DNA of 64,000 nucleotides from Fibrobacteria bacterium (GCA_037447435.1 JBBIGR010000008.1:88619-152618), one strand, 5' to 3'; positions 1-11,193 are shown, counted from the stretch's first letter. Numbers and translations are program-made. The notes: generated from the letters alone by a model not told the origin.

Positions 1-1
1 T

Positions 2-493
2 ATTTTGCCGGGTGTTGGATCGTTTGATAATGCAATAAAAAATTTAACGTCTCTCGACTTGATGAACATTCTCAATAAAAAAGTGTTGGAAGACAAAACG
101 CCGATTCTTGGAATATGCCTGGGTATACAATTGTTTACAAAAAGAAGTGACGAAGGAGTATTGCAAGGATTGGGGTGGATTGATGCAGAAACGGTATCTT
201 TTTTAAAATATATCGACATCAAGGCTATGAAAGTTCCCCATATGGGGTGGAATTCAATAAAGGTCCAAAGAAAGAATCCTCTTATGGACCAAATTGATGG
301 GGACTTGCGATACTACTTTGTTCATTCCTATTTTGTCAAGTGCAATGATCATAATGATAGTATTGCTCTGACCAACTATGGAATTGAATTCACCTCAAGC
401 ATACAGAAGGAAAATATTTTCGGAGTGCAATTTCATCCCGAAAAAAGTCACCGTTTTGGAATGCAACTATTAGCCAATTTTGCCGGAATTTGA
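2..493 (+). CDS. hisH: HisH-like glutamine amidotransferase subunit, polysaccharide-locus paralog (5' truncated by window edge)
   Basis: ILPGVGSF, GICLGIQL nucleophile elbow, VPHMGWN, FVHSY and QFHPEKS motifs. Frame is open to the window start. Adjacent to hisF-like and wbuX-like genes. Confidence 0.92.
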   Translation: MLPGVGSFDNAIKNLTSLDLMNILNKKVLEDKTPILGICLGIQLFTKRSDEGVLQGLGWIDAETVSFLKYIDIKAMKVPHMGWNSIKVQRKNPLMDQIDGDLRYYFVHSYFVKCNDHNDSIALTNYGIEFTSSIQKENIFGVQFHPEKSHRFGMQLLANFAGI

Positions 494-497
494 TCCT

Positions 498-1277
498 ATG
501 CTTAAAACAAGGGTTATTCCTTGTCTCCTTCTTCGGAACAAGGGATTAGTAAAAACAATTAACTTTCGTAAAGCTAAATATATTGGCGACCCAATTAATG
601 CAGTCAAGATATTCAATGACAAGGGTGTTGATGAATTGATTTTTCTGGATATAGATGCAACAAAGTGCCATCAAAAACCGGATTTTGCTTTAATTGCCAA
701 TATTGCTCAAGAATGTTTTATGCCTTTTGCTTATGGTGGTGGTATTTCAACCTGTGACGACGCCAAAAAGCTGATTAACCTAGGATGCGAAAAAATTATT
801 ATAAATACTGCCGCTTATGAAAAGCCAACATTGATAGAAGAAATGGCAAAAATACTCGGGAGTCAAAGTGTTGTGGTTTCAATTGATGTAAAAAAATCGG
901 TGATAGGCGGGTATCGATGTTTTACAAATGGTGGTACGAAAAAAACAAAACTTGATCCGTGTTCGTTAGCAAAAATGGCCCAAAATTATGGTGCTGGTGA
1001 AATATTCCTTACTTCAATCGAACGTGAAGGAACATGGAAAGGCTTTGATCTATCGCTAATAAAAATGGTTGCCGATTCAATTTCGATTCCTCTCATTGCT
1101 TGTGGTGGAGCAAAAACAATAAGTGATCTTGGAAAATCAGTATTGGAGGGCGGGGCCTCAGCCGTTGCGGCAGGGAGCATGTTTGTTTATCATGGTCCTC
1201 ATCATGCAGTTCTTATCAATTTTCCTACGGAAAAGGAATTGCAAGAAGTTTTACCATTGTCAATAATTAAAAAATAA
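498..1277 (+). CDS. hisF: HisF-like cyclase subunit (AglZ/HisF2/WbuZ type)
   Basis: MLKTRVIPCLLL, YIGDPINAVKIFN, PFAYGGGI, AVAAGSMFVY..AVLINFP. ATG at 498 chosen over the ORF-track start. Confidence 0.92.
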   Translation: MLKTRVIPCLLLRNKGLVKTINFRKAKYIGDPINAVKIFNDKGVDELIFLDIDATKCHQKPDFALIANIAQECFMPFAYGGGISTCDDAKKLINLGCEKIIINTAAYEKPTLIEEMAKILGSQSVVVSIDVKKSVIGGYRCFTNGGTKKTKLDPCSLAKMAQNYGAGEIFLTSIEREGTWKGFDLSLIKMVADSISIPLIACGGAKTISDLGKSVLEGGASAVAAGSMFVYHGPHHAVLINFPTEKELQEVLPLSIIKK

Positions 1278-1306
1278 CGCACTTTTATTATCAGGGAACA
1301 TCTTTT

Positions 1307-2476
1307 ATGGCTAAAAATTACAGAATTTGCACTAAATGTGTTATGGACACTTCTGATCCATTGATTGTTTTTGATAAGGAAGGACGTTGCAATCATTGCA
1401 AATTTTATGATAAAATGGCAAGTGAATCATTGTTTAGTAAGGATGAGCAAGAACAGAGATTAAAAAAAATCGTTGAAAGAATTAGAATTGATGGAAAAGG
1501 AAAACGATACGATTGTATTGTCGGTGTAAGCGGTGGAATTGATAGCACGTATACAGCTTATTTGGCAAAGCAAATCGGGTTAAGGCCCCTAGCCGTTCAT
1601 CTTGATAATGGGTGGAATTCAGAACTTGCGGTAAGTAATATTGAAAAAACATTAAAAACGCTTGATATTGATTTGTTTACTCGCGTGCTTGATTGGGAAG
1701 AATTTAAGGACTTGCAACTTTCTTTTCTTAAAGCTTCCACGCCGGATTCCGAAATACCTACGGATCATGCGATTGTTGCAACGCTGTATCAGGTTGCAAC
1801 TCGCGAACGGTTGAAATATTTAATTATGGGGACAAATGTTCAGAGTGAGGCTATCATGGCTCGCGCTTGGAGTCAGGGCTATTTTGATTGGCGCTATATT
1901 AGAAAGATTCAACAACGTTTTGGAAGGAAAAAAATAAAGGATTTCCCGCATTTTAATCTTATGCAACTTGGTGTTTACAAACATTTCCATCGGATTCAGG
2001 AAATATCGTTGCTTCACTATTTCCCCTATGTAAAAGAAGATGCTAAAGCTTTTGTAAAGGATAAACTGGGTTGGGTCGATTATGGGGGGAAACATTATGA
2101 GTCAATTTATACCAGATTTTATCAAGGCTATATTCTTCCAAACAAGTTCGGTTTTGATAAAAGGCGGGCACATTTGTCTACGCTCATATGTTCCGGTCAG
2201 GTTTCTCGAGAAATTGCTTTAAAAGAGCTTGAAAAAGACCCGTACGTTACCCAACAGATGAAGAATGATGATAAAGAATATGTTATTAAAAAACTTGGTC
2301 TTTCAAACAGCGAATTCGCGGAGATTATGAGTTCTCCACCGAAAACATTTTGGGAATATCCATCCTACTCGACAGCCTTCTTTTACAAGATATATTTCTT
2401 TCTGAGATACAATATTTATAATCGACTCAGAGGAAAATCAATTCTGAAGCTTTCTAAAGTGCGATTGGGAAAATAA
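1307..2476 (+). CDS. N-acetyl sugar amidotransferase (WbuX/WbpG/PseA family)
   Basis: N-terminal CxxCVMD...GxCNHC, PP-loop GVSGGIDS, HLDNGWNSELAVSNI, YGGKHYES. Confidence 0.92.
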   Translation: MAKNYRICTKCVMDTSDPLIVFDKEGRCNHCKFYDKMASESLFSKDEQEQRLKKIVERIRIDGKGKRYDCIVGVSGGIDSTYTAYLAKQIGLRPLAVHLDNGWNSELAVSNIEKTLKTLDIDLFTRVLDWEEFKDLQLSFLKASTPDSEIPTDHAIVATLYQVATRERLKYLIMGTNVQSEAIMARAWSQGYFDWRYIRKIQQRFGRKKIKDFPHFNLMQLGVYKHFHRIQEISLLHYFPYVKEDAKAFVKDKLGWVDYGGKHYESIYTRFYQGYILPNKFGFDKRRAHLSTLICSGQVSREIALKELEKDPYVTQQMKNDDKEYVIKKLGLSNSEFAEIMSSPPKTFWEYPSYSTAFFYKIYFFLRYNIYNRLRGKSILKLSKVRLGK

Positions 2477-2536
2477 AATCAGTTTTCTAGCCATATTCCC
2501 TCCGAACAAAGGTTCCCACAGAAAGATGGACGCTGT

Positions 2537-3349
2537 ATGGGTTTAAAAAAAACAAAACGCTTAGTAATAAGGCTATACTTTTTCTTTCTTGAGTTTGGCA
2601 TAGATCCTTTACGTACAGTTCGATCAATAAAAGGATTAATATTTTATGGCAAAGATTTTATCGAACTGAAAAAGCAAGTTCGGCAGTCATTTCCGGATTT
2701 TCCAATTAAAAGTTTATACCCATGCCTAAATGATCGCTTTGACCAGGGCGATTGCGTTTTAACGCATTATTTCCAACAAGACTTATATGTGGCTCAGAAG
2801 GTTTTCCTGGCACGGCCAAGAAAGCACGTCGATGTTGGATCTAGTTTGACGGGTTTTGTAGCTCATGTTGCGTCTTTTCGAAACTTAGAAGTTATCGATA
2901 TACGAAATGTAAAGCATTCGATTCCAAACGTGAAGTTCCAAAGAAATGATATTACCGATCCTTCTTTTAATCTGAAAAATTATTGCGATTCTCTTTCATG
3001 TCTCCATGTCTTGGAACATTTAGGCTTAGGCAGATACGGCGACACTGTGGATGGCAACGGCTACAAAAAAGGCCTTACAAATCTGGCTCAGATGCTTGAA
3101 CCAAACGGGACTCTATATCTTTCAGTTCCCATCGGACCCCAACGGATTGAATTTAATGCTCATAGGGTTTTTTCAGTGGAATATTTTTTAAACATTGTGG
3201 AAGAATGGTTTTCAATCATTTCGTTTTCGTATGTTGATGATGCAGGGTTCTTGCATGTTAATGCGGCACTAGAGCAGGACGACATTAATTCCAATTTTTC
3301 CTGCATTTATGGATGTGGCATTCTGGAGTTAAAAAGAAATAGCAATTAA
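2537..3349 (+). CDS. DUF268-like SAM-dependent methyltransferase
   Basis: HYFQQDL, HVDVGS, SLSCLHVLEHLGLGRYGD, FNAHRVF. Confidence 0.8.
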   Translation: MGLKKTKRLVIRLYFFFLEFGIDPLRTVRSIKGLIFYGKDFIELKKQVRQSFPDFPIKSLYPCLNDRFDQGDCVLTHYFQQDLYVAQKVFLARPRKHVDVGSSLTGFVAHVASFRNLEVIDIRNVKHSIPNVKFQRNDITDPSFNLKNYCDSLSCLHVLEHLGLGRYGDTVDGNGYKKGLTNLAQMLEPNGTLYLSVPIGPQRIEFNAHRVFSVEYFLNIVEEWFSIISFSYVDDAGFLHVNAALEQDDINSNFSCIYGCGILELKRNSN

Positions 3350-3365
3350 AATTCGCAAAATTCAT

Positions 3366-4610
3366 TTGAATCGGAGTATAAAAGTGAATAAAACAGTTCT
3401 GCTTTTGTGTTATTATTATTTACCGTGCAATCATTCGGCCTCAAAACGTTCCGGATGTTTGGCGAAGTATCTTCCAACGTTTGGGTGGAAAGCGCTAGTG
3501 CTTTCGAACAAATGGACAGAAAATAATTGCACCTATGATTTAGGCTTTATAAAAAACCTTCCTGCTGATGCTGTTGTTGGGAGGGCTGACGATGCAGAAT
3601 ATTCTTCCCGCTACCCTGGAAAATTCTTTCGAAAAATAAACACATTTTTATTGCCTCACCATTTTCCTTTTCACTACCGGCGAAATGCAAAAAAACAATT
3701 GTCAAGAATTGTAGAAGAAAATAAAATTGACATTATATGGGCAACTTCGCCACCAGATGCGCCTCTATGGCTTGCCTCATGGTGCAAAAAAAAATGGGGC
3801 ATTCCTTGGGTTGCTGATTTTCGTGATGTATGGGGAACTTGTCCATTTATGATAAATAAAATTATGGATCCAATACATGTATTTCATGAAAAACGGATGA
3901 TGCGAACGGCTTCCGCAATTGTAACGGTTTCGGATCATTTAGTGGAGGTACTACAAAAAAGGCATAAAAGAACAGTTCATTTAATACCAAATGGGTTTGA
4001 TCCCGAAGGTGTTGTGAAAACGCAACCTGTTTCGCTTCCTAATTTTCGGATTGTTTTTACGGGAAGCGTGGGAAGAAAAATGATTGAATATGGAGTTTTA
4101 CTCGCGGAGGTAATAAATCATTTACACCTACAGGGTTCCATTAACAAAGACAATATCTCAATTGAATTTTATTCTGATAATACAGATTTGCTAAAAGAGT
4201 TTCTACAAAAACCGCAATTTATTTCCTTCATAAAAATCTCCAAAAGAGTGTCTGCGGAAGAATGCATAGATTTGCAACGGAACGCCGCAGTGTTGTTGAT
4301 GTTTACATATAACGGTTTTAAGGGAATGATGACAGGGAAAATATTCGAATATCTTTCGGCAAAACGCCCAATTCTTGTTATACCCAATGATCATGATTGC
4401 GTAGAGCAAGTAGTTAAAGAAACCAATGCAGGTTCCTGTTGTTCAACATCCGAAGAAATAGAAAAACAAATTCTTTTCTGGTTTACTGAATGGAAAAAAA
4501 CGGAAATAATTGCCTATCATGGAAATGAAGAGGCTATTATGAAATATTCGCGCAAAGAACAGGCAAACAAATTTGCAAAAATATTTAATGAAATATCAAA
4601 AGCTAACTAG
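3366..4610 (+). CDS. Glycosyltransferase family 4-like
   Basis: ATSPP, PWVADFRDVW, IPNGFD, GKIFEYL. True start may be the GTG at 3384. Confidence 0.85.
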   Translation: MNRSIKVNKTVLLLCYYYLPCNHSASKRSGCLAKYLPTFGWKALVLSNKWTENNCTYDLGFIKNLPADAVVGRADDAEYSSRYPGKFFRKINTFLLPHHFPFHYRRNAKKQLSRIVEENKIDIIWATSPPDAPLWLASWCKKKWGIPWVADFRDVWGTCPFMINKIMDPIHVFHEKRMMRTASAIVTVSDHLVEVLQKRHKRTVHLIPNGFDPEGVVKTQPVSLPNFRIVFTGSVGRKMIEYGVLLAEVINHLHLQGSINKDNISIEFYSDNTDLLKEFLQKPQFISFIKISKRVSAEECIDLQRNAAVLLMFTYNGFKGMMTGKIFEYLSAKRPILVIPNDHDCVEQVVKETNAGSCCSTSEEIEKQILFWFTEWKKTEIIAYHGNEEAIMKYSRKEQANKFAKIFNEISKAN

Positions 4611-4655
4611 ACCATCTATTTCAAACTTTTTTAAGACTTAGCATAATAAAAAAAT

Positions 4656-6134
4656 ATGCTCGCCTATCCTACAAATTTCCCATTAACAAACGGTTTAGCA
4701 CAAATTCCCAACAATCGCAGCAAAGCAACTAATAAAACTTTGTTGCTATGCTTATTTGCCCTTTCGTTTGCAGCAGGGATAGGGTACATTCAGGTCTTTT
4801 GCAAAGAGGGACAAATTGCCACTTCTTTGTTTTATTCTTTTACCCTGGTATTTGGTGTCAAAACAATTTTCATGCTCTCTCGGGCAGTAAACGATTCTCG
4901 AATTAAATATTTGGCATATATATTCCTCATAAAAATGATCATTTTATTATTCTTGCTTCATTTTGCATGGGAGCCGCTTCTTAATCCCCACGCTTTATAC
5001 TACGGTTATGATCCTCAACGATACTATTTTCAGGCAGAAATGTTGGCAAGAAACCATTTTAATATGAAAAATCTCGATATTAATTTGAATTATCCGGGAA
5101 TTTTATATTATTGGGGCTTCTTTTTTAACATATTTGGACACAATACTGTTGTTCCATTAATTGTCAATTCATTAACAACAGAAATCGCGTGCATTTTAAT
5201 TGTTTTTACCGGATATCATATCCGGCCCTTTCCCAAAAAACATGATTGGATGCTTGGTCTTTTTATGGTAATTCCAGAGGTTTTGTATTTTGATACAATC
5301 TCTGCTCGTGAGTCGGCCATGATGGGGCTGCTTATTATTAGTATACTAGGTGTTTTTCTTTTCTTTTCTAAATTATTAAAAAAAAACAAGATGTTATCAT
5401 ACGGACTAATGGCATTATCAATTGTTAGTTCATTTCTTGTATTATTTATTAGAACCCCAATGATTCTGCCAATTATTACAAGCCAGTCCATGCTCCTGTT
5501 GGTGTCAAGAAATGTGAAACCAAGTTTAATAAAAACCGTATTTTCCGTTATTGTAATAATACTTTTGTTTTCTGTATTTCAAGGTTTATTAAGAAAATCC
5601 GGATTTGATTACACAGATAGAATTATGAGAACGCAAAGGATGGAGTTGGGGAATGAATGGACTGAAAATTCAATCGGAAAGAAGTTTGTGCCAAAGAACA
5701 ACCTAGAATATGCCTTTTTTGCTCCATTTCGCTTTGCAATTTATATTGCCGCCCCATTACCAACAATTGACATACGTGTTAAAGAATTATTTTTAGGCTA
5801 TTTTTTTGCTTGGGAAATTCTATTAGATACAATAAGCGCATTCATTTATGTTGTATTGTTCCCTTTTGCTATGGTTTCCATCTATTACATTATGCGTTTT
5901 GGTAAAAGAAATTGGGCTGTTTTTGCAATTCCCTTTCTCTTTTCTTTTGCTTCAATAGCTTTTGGAAATGACATTATACATCCCAGGTATCGATTAATGG
6001 CCATTCCGTTTTTATGGGGTGCGATTTGGCTTGGACGATTTTGCAAATTCAAATTGATTGAGAAAAGTTTTGCGGGATGGTATTTCGTTATTTGTGCAGG
6101 AATAGTCACTTATTTCGGAATGAAGGGCTTTTAA
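4656..6134 (+). CDS. Polytopic membrane protein, probable Wzy-type polysaccharide polymerase
   Basis: About 10-12 hydrophobic segments, a YDPQRYY loop and a C-terminal RYR motif, inside a polysaccharide locus. Confidence 0.6.
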   Translation: MLAYPTNFPLTNGLAQIPNNRSKATNKTLLLCLFALSFAAGIGYIQVFCKEGQIATSLFYSFTLVFGVKTIFMLSRAVNDSRIKYLAYIFLIKMIILLFLLHFAWEPLLNPHALYYGYDPQRYYFQAEMLARNHFNMKNLDINLNYPGILYYWGFFFNIFGHNTVVPLIVNSLTTEIACILIVFTGYHIRPFPKKHDWMLGLFMVIPEVLYFDTISARESAMMGLLIISILGVFLFFSKLLKKNKMLSYGLMALSIVSSFLVLFIRTPMILPIITSQSMLLLVSRNVKPSLIKTVFSVIVIILLFSVFQGLLRKSGFDYTDRIMRTQRMELGNEWTENSIGKKFVPKNNLEYAFFAPFRFAIYIAAPLPTIDIRVKELFLGYFFAWEILLDTISAFIYVVLFPFAMVSIYYIMRFGKRNWAVFAIPFLFSFASIAFGNDIIHPRYRLMAIPFLWGAIWLGRFCKFKLIEKSFAGWYFVICAGIVTYFGMKGF

Positions 6135-6136
6135 AC

Positions 6137-7312
6137 ATGTTTGCCCCAGATGTTAAAAATAAACTTAAAAACATAAGATTGCTAAATGCTATAAACATAA
6201 CTATGAAACGTGTGTTTACACAAATAGAATATAAATCCAACAAGGAATGGTATAAAAGAAAATCGGTTTGTCATCCACATTATTTAAAACCCCCGACACC
6301 CCCTTCCTCCGGGAAACCTGCCATATTTTTTCTGGGAACAGACAAGGAACAGGATACAAGCGGAATCATTCAAGCTCTGCAGAAAATAGGCCAGTTAACT
6401 TTTTTTACAAAAGTCGATGGCGCTTATGGTCATAATATTAATCTTGATGTAGTAGAAAAAAGAAGATGCAATGCAAGCAGATTGCTTCAACTCTTTGATG
6501 AATTGCATAAAAAAGGCCAGACTCCTCAAATACTCATTAGCCAAACTTGGGGCGGTTATATCGATCCTGGAGTTTTTACGGAAATTAAAAAAAAATATGG
6601 ATCTCTCTGCGTTAATATCGCCATGGATGACAGGCATCAATTCAAAGGGAAAAGAGTAAATGGAATTTGGAGTGGCACCAAGGGGTTGATCGGCCACATA
6701 GATTATGCCCTAACTGCTGCCCCCGAATGCGTTGAATGGTATGAAAAAGAAGGATGTCCTGGAATGTTTTTTCCTGAAGCGAGTGATCCCAATATATTCC
6801 ATCCAATGCCGCATCTTGAAAAGAAATTCGAAGTATCATTTATCGGAGCAAAATATGGAATTCGGGAGCGGCTTGTAAAGGAAATAAAAAAAGCGGGCAT
6901 CCCGATTACAGCATTTGGCACAGGGTGGGAGAACGGCCGTCTTCCCACAGAAGAAACACCCACGCTTTTCGCGCAATCAAAAATTGTCCTTGGCGTAGGA
7001 ACTATTGGATATTCCGATGATTTTTACAGCCTTAAAATGAGGGACTTTGATGGGCCTATGTCAGGAAGCTGCTATGTTACAGGGGATAATCCTGATTTAT
7101 ATGAGTTGTATATACCTGAAAAAGAATTGGTATTATACAAATCTGTTCATGATTGCATTACTAAGATTAAGTGGCTTTTAAACAATGAAGATGAACGGGA
7201 AAAAATCGCCCAAGCCGGAAGGGCACGGGCGTTGGCTGATCATACCTGGCAAAAAAGATTTGAAACGGTTTTTAAAACTCTTGGAATATGGTTTTCATCT
7301 GAGGCGATTTAA
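6137..7312 (+). CDS. CgeB-family glycosyltransferase
   Basis: VSFIGAKYG.RE, LKMRDFD, REKIAQAGRARALADHTWQKR. ATG at 6137 lies just after the upstream stop. Confidence 0.8.
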   Translation: MFAPDVKNKLKNIRLLNAINITMKRVFTQIEYKSNKEWYKRKSVCHPHYLKPPTPPSSGKPAIFFLGTDKEQDTSGIIQALQKIGQLTFFTKVDGAYGHNINLDVVEKRRCNASRLLQLFDELHKKGQTPQILISQTWGGYIDPGVFTEIKKKYGSLCVNIAMDDRHQFKGKRVNGIWSGTKGLIGHIDYALTAAPECVEWYEKEGCPGMFFPEASDPNIFHPMPHLEKKFEVSFIGAKYGIRERLVKEIKKAGIPITAFGTGWENGRLPTEETPTLFAQSKIVLGVGTIGYSDDFYSLKMRDFDGPMSGSCYVTGDNPDLYELYIPEKELVLYKSVHDCITKIKWLLNNEDEREKIAQAGRARALADHTWQKRFETVFKTLGIWFSSEAI

Positions 7313-9288
7313 TGTGCGGAATCTGCGGGATAATTAATATTGATTTTAGTCCAATATCCCCACAATTGCTTATTGCAATGAGGGACTCATTGACCCATAG
7401 AGGCCCTGATGATTGCGGCTGCGTGTTGCTCAAAATAAACGATACGTCCGAAAGAAAGAACTTTATTAAATACAAGGAGTGGAAAACTGAGCAAGGAATA
7501 GACAGAAGCGGTTATTCCGTAGGGCTTGCGCATAGAAGATTGTCGATCATTGATTTAAGTATTGCAGGAAATCAACCAATGGCAGATATGACCGGCTCAT
7601 TCTGGATAACATTTAACGGGGAAATTTATAATTTTCAGGAAATAAGAAAAACCCTCATAGAAAAAGGATATTCCTTTAATTCAGGAACAGATACCGAAGT
7701 AATTATCAATGCCTATAAAGAGTGGGGGGAAAGATGTCTCGAACATTTTAATGGGATGTTTGCTTTTGCTCTATACGACAGCCATAAACAACGCCTTTTT
7801 CTTGCGCGGGATAGAGTAGGGAAAAAACCTCTTTATTATTGTAAAACTCCGGACGCATTCTATTTTTCTTCGGAACTTAAAGCAATATTATCTGTTATCA
7901 AATCCATTCCTAATCCGGATTTTGATTCATTAAATTATTATTTTTCGCTCGGGTATATACCTCATGAAATGACCTTATATTCCGGCATAAAAAAACTGCC
8001 CGCAGCGCATGCATGTTTTTTTGATTGCATAAACGGGAAAATGAACATCTGGCGATATTGGGAATTGCCTGAACCCGGAGGTGATCAACAAAAAATATCC
8101 GAGGAAGATTTGATTGAGGAGTTTCATGAGTTGATTTTTAATGCAGTAAAGATAAGGATGATTAGTGATGTGCCTGTTGGGGTTTTTTTAAGCGGTGGCC
8201 TTGATTCAAGTCTTGTTACCTCCATAGCAGCGCAATGCTCTTCCGAACCGCTTAAAACATTTACTGTCTCTTTTCCCGGTTACAAACAATATGATGAAAC
8301 AGGATATGCAAAAATAATTGCAGATCATTTTTCAACTGATCATTATTGTCTTGATGGTACAGAAGCTCTTGATTATGTAATCAAGGATGTTCTTGGGTTT
8401 CTCGATGAGCCAATTGCAGATTCTTCAATATTGCCGATGTATGTAATTTCTAAGCTTACTCGGAAGCATGTGACTGTTGCATTGGGCGGCGATGGTGGAG
8501 ACGAGTTATTTGGAGGATATAATCACTATCAAATGGCAATTAGGCTGCAAAAACGTCTCCGATTTATACCTTCAATACTACTTGAATTGGCTGCAAAAGG
8601 TTCAGGATTTCTTCCCCCAGGGATGAGAGGAAAGAATTTCATTCAATCTCTCAAACGCGGTCCTTCAGAAATTCAAATCTGGGGAACGCCATATTTTGAA
8701 GCAAACCTTAGAAGAAAAATGTTTTCCAAAGATTTACTTGGAAAGCTAGAACAATCGATTGAAGCCCCAGAGAAAATGAAGTTGGAATTACTCAAAAAGA
8801 CGGAAATTATTGATCGGATGATGCGGTTGGATTTTCAAAGCTTTTTATGCGATGATATCCTTACCAAGATAGATAGGGCAAGCATGGCTTGTTCATTGGA
8901 AGTAAGAAACCCATGGCTTGATTACAGACTTGTGGAATTCAGTTTTAAAAAAGTTCCTTCTTTCCTGAAGGCAACGGAGAATGAAAAAAAAGTCCTTCCT
9001 AAAAAACTTGCCAGACTTTTGTTGCCTTTGCAATTGGATTTAAATCGGAAACAAGGTTTTTCGGTTCCTCTTGATTCCTGGATGAAAAATAACTTGCCTT
9101 TTGTTGATTCATCCATCAATGGATCTATTGTCAATGAATTGATTAAGCCATCCGTCCTAAAGTCGCTATTTGCCGGAGAATTAAAAGGGCGACTCAATGG
9201 TGCAAGATTGTTTTTACTTCTTATGCTCAGCAAAGTGCCTTTTAATCGTGGTAACCAGTTACTAAATAATTGTGAAAGTGATATATAA
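7312..9288 (+). CDS. asnB: AsnB-like glutamine-hydrolysing amidotransferase (polysaccharide amidation)
   Basis: MCGICG Ntn start, HRGPDD, HRRLSIIDL, FNGEIYN, FLSGGLDSS, GDGGDELFGGY. Confidence 0.93.
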   Translation: MCGICGIINIDFSPISPQLLIAMRDSLTHRGPDDCGCVLLKINDTSERKNFIKYKEWKTEQGIDRSGYSVGLAHRRLSIIDLSIAGNQPMADMTGSFWITFNGEIYNFQEIRKTLIEKGYSFNSGTDTEVIINAYKEWGERCLEHFNGMFAFALYDSHKQRLFLARDRVGKKPLYYCKTPDAFYFSSELKAILSVIKSIPNPDFDSLNYYFSLGYIPHEMTLYSGIKKLPAAHACFFDCINGKMNIWRYWELPEPGGDQQKISEEDLIEEFHELIFNAVKIRMISDVPVGVFLSGGLDSSLVTSIAAQCSSEPLKTFTVSFPGYKQYDETGYAKIIADHFSTDHYCLDGTEALDYVIKDVLGFLDEPIADSSILPMYVISKLTRKHVTVALGGDGGDELFGGYNHYQMAIRLQKRLRFIPSILLELAAKGSGFLPPGMRGKNFIQSLKRGPSEIQIWGTPYFEANLRRKMFSKDLLGKLEQSIEAPEKMKLELLKKTEIIDRMMRLDFQSFLCDDILTKIDRASMACSLEVRNPWLDYRLVEFSFKKVPSFLKATENEKKVLPKKLARLLLPLQLDLNRKQGFSVPLDSWMKNNLPFVDSSINGSIVNELIKPSVLKSLFAGELKGRLNGARLFLLLMLSKVPFNRGNQLLNNCESDI

Positions 9289-10307
9289 TGAATTCAAAAC
9301 CTATTGCCTCAATTTGCATCCCGGCATTTAATCGTCCCGTTCGCCTAAAAAGATCGCTTGAAAGTATTTCTGTGAAATATCCGAAAGATATAGAGATTGT
9401 AATTTGCGAAGATAATAGTTCGAAACGAATTGCGATTAGGGAAGTGGTAAAAGAGTATCAAAAAACTAGTCCAAATGTAGTCAGATATTATGAAAATTCG
9501 GAAAATCTGGGGTATGATAAAAACCTTAAAGAACTTATTCGACTAGCAAGTGGAGAATACATAATCTACCTAGCAGATGATGATGCTTTTGAAAAAAATG
9601 GACTGGACGTAATGATTGCCTTCCTTAAAGAGCATCCTGAATTGGGGTATGTGTTGCGATCTTATACTTTTATTGATTCAAAGAAGAACAGTGTAAGATT
9701 TAGATATTACAATAAAACAAAGTTTTTTAATGCGGGTAAGGAAAGCTATATTGAGATGTTCAGGAAAAGCGTATTTATATCAGGATTTACCGTAAAGCGA
9801 AAATTAGTTGTTCCGCATATGGTTGATGATTTTGACGGTAGCTTGCTTTTTCAATTGTACTTATTTTCCGAGGTTGTATTATTTCATCCCAGCGCATATC
9901 TCGATATCCCCCTTACAATTGGATTTGAAGGAAGTGAATACAATTTTGGAAATGCGGAAGCGGAAAAAAAATATTTTGATCCTGGTTCAATAACTCTGCA
10001 GAATTCAATAAACTTTCTTGCATGGTTTCCGAAATTGACAGGATATATTGATAAAAAATATGGAATTTCCTCATCGCCTATGATTCTGAAAGATATGTCG
10101 AAATATTTTTACCCAAGTCTGGCGATTCAAAGAGATAAAGGCATCCTGCCTTTTATTGCTTATATACGGAAGTTAAACGAACTCGGTTTTAATATCTCTG
10201 TGTATTATTATTTATATATAGTAGGCCTGATTTTATTTGGAAAAAGAAATTGCGATAATGGTATACGCATACTTAAAAACATTATCGGAAGGACACCGCG
10301 GCTATAA
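9288..10307 (+). CDS. Glycosyltransferase family 2
   Basis: SICIPAFNR, EIVICEDNS, YLADDD (DxD). Confidence 0.9.
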   Translation: MNSKPIASICIPAFNRPVRLKRSLESISVKYPKDIEIVICEDNSSKRIAIREVVKEYQKTSPNVVRYYENSENLGYDKNLKELIRLASGEYIIYLADDDAFEKNGLDVMIAFLKEHPELGYVLRSYTFIDSKKNSVRFRYYNKTKFFNAGKESYIEMFRKSVFISGFTVKRKLVVPHMVDDFDGSLLFQLYLFSEVVLFHPSAYLDIPLTIGFEGSEYNFGNAEAEKKYFDPGSITLQNSINFLAWFPKLTGYIDKKYGISSSPMILKDMSKYFYPSLAIQRDKGILPFIAYIRKLNELGFNISVYYYLYIVGLILFGKRNCDNGIRILKNIIGRTPRL

Positions 10308-11189
10308 ATGAATCCCGAAAGTAAAATAATGAGCGCACTCCGTCGATTCAAAATGGATGGCCTTGCGTGGTCGCTCAGAAGGTTGCATTGCCCCGTTAAG
10401 AAAAATGATCTTGTTTTAGAAGTTGGTAGCGGTGGCAACCCATATTTTCGTTCCAACGTTCTTTGCGATGCATATCTTGAAACCAGAGAAAGGCATTTTG
10501 TACCATTGGTTTCTGATCGCCCGACAATCCTGTCCTTTACTGAACAATTACCGTTTCAGGACAATGTATTTGATTTCTGTATTGCGTCCCATGTGCTCGA
10601 ACATTCAAAGGATCCTGCTCGGTTTATAAGCGAAATCCAGCGAGTATCACGAGCCGGGTATATCGAGTCACCAGATGCTTTTTTTGAAAGACTTACCGGA
10701 TATCTGGATCATCGTCTAGAAATAACCTGTAAGAACAATGAGCTGGTTATCCGGAAAAAGAAAGGACGGTTTGAAGATCCTGAAATTATTGACCTGTTTT
10801 TTGGTAACGCTGATGCAGTTTTCGCATCATGGGTTTCAAAGCATCCATTTCATTTCCATGTACGATTTTATTGGGAAAAGACTAAGGGTGGCATTAAATA
10901 CCGCATTGTAAATCCTCAATATGAATTTAACTGGGAATGTCCAATGGCAGAGCCCGCAGCACCAAAACGGGAGACTTTTAAAATGAGAATTCGCACTCTT
11001 GGAATAAAGAGGCTTAGAAAATTGCTATCTCAAACAAAGCGAAATAAAAAGCTCGATGTCACCAAATTTCTTCAATGCCCATTTTGTGCGGGAACGACAT
11101 TTTCAAGAGCTTCAAAGGCCCTTATATGCAATTCATGCAATAAAGATTTCATAATAATGTCCGATAACATATATAATTTTGTCAGGTAA
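10308..11189 (+). CDS. Class I SAM methyltransferase with C-terminal Zn-ribbon (Trm112-like)
   Basis: VLEVGSG, LPFQDNVFD, SHVLEH, then C-terminal CPFC...CNSC. Confidence 0.82.
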   Translation: MNPESKIMSALRRFKMDGLAWSLRRLHCPVKKNDLVLEVGSGGNPYFRSNVLCDAYLETRERHFVPLVSDRPTILSFTEQLPFQDNVFDFCIASHVLEHSKDPARFISEIQRVSRAGYIESPDAFFERLTGYLDHRLEITCKNNELVIRKKKGRFEDPEIIDLFFGNADAVFASWVSKHPFHFHVRFYWEKTKGGIKYRIVNPQYEFNWECPMAEPAAPKRETFKMRIRTLGIKRLRKLLSQTKRNKKLDVTKFLQCPFCAGTTFSRASKALICNSCNKDFIIMSDNIYNFVR

Positions 11190-11193
11190 AAGT

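Noticed and set aside
2..1277. Histidine biosynthesis operon
   Set aside because: No other his genes are visible. Linkage to a WbuX-type amidotransferase marks these as glycan-modification paralogs.
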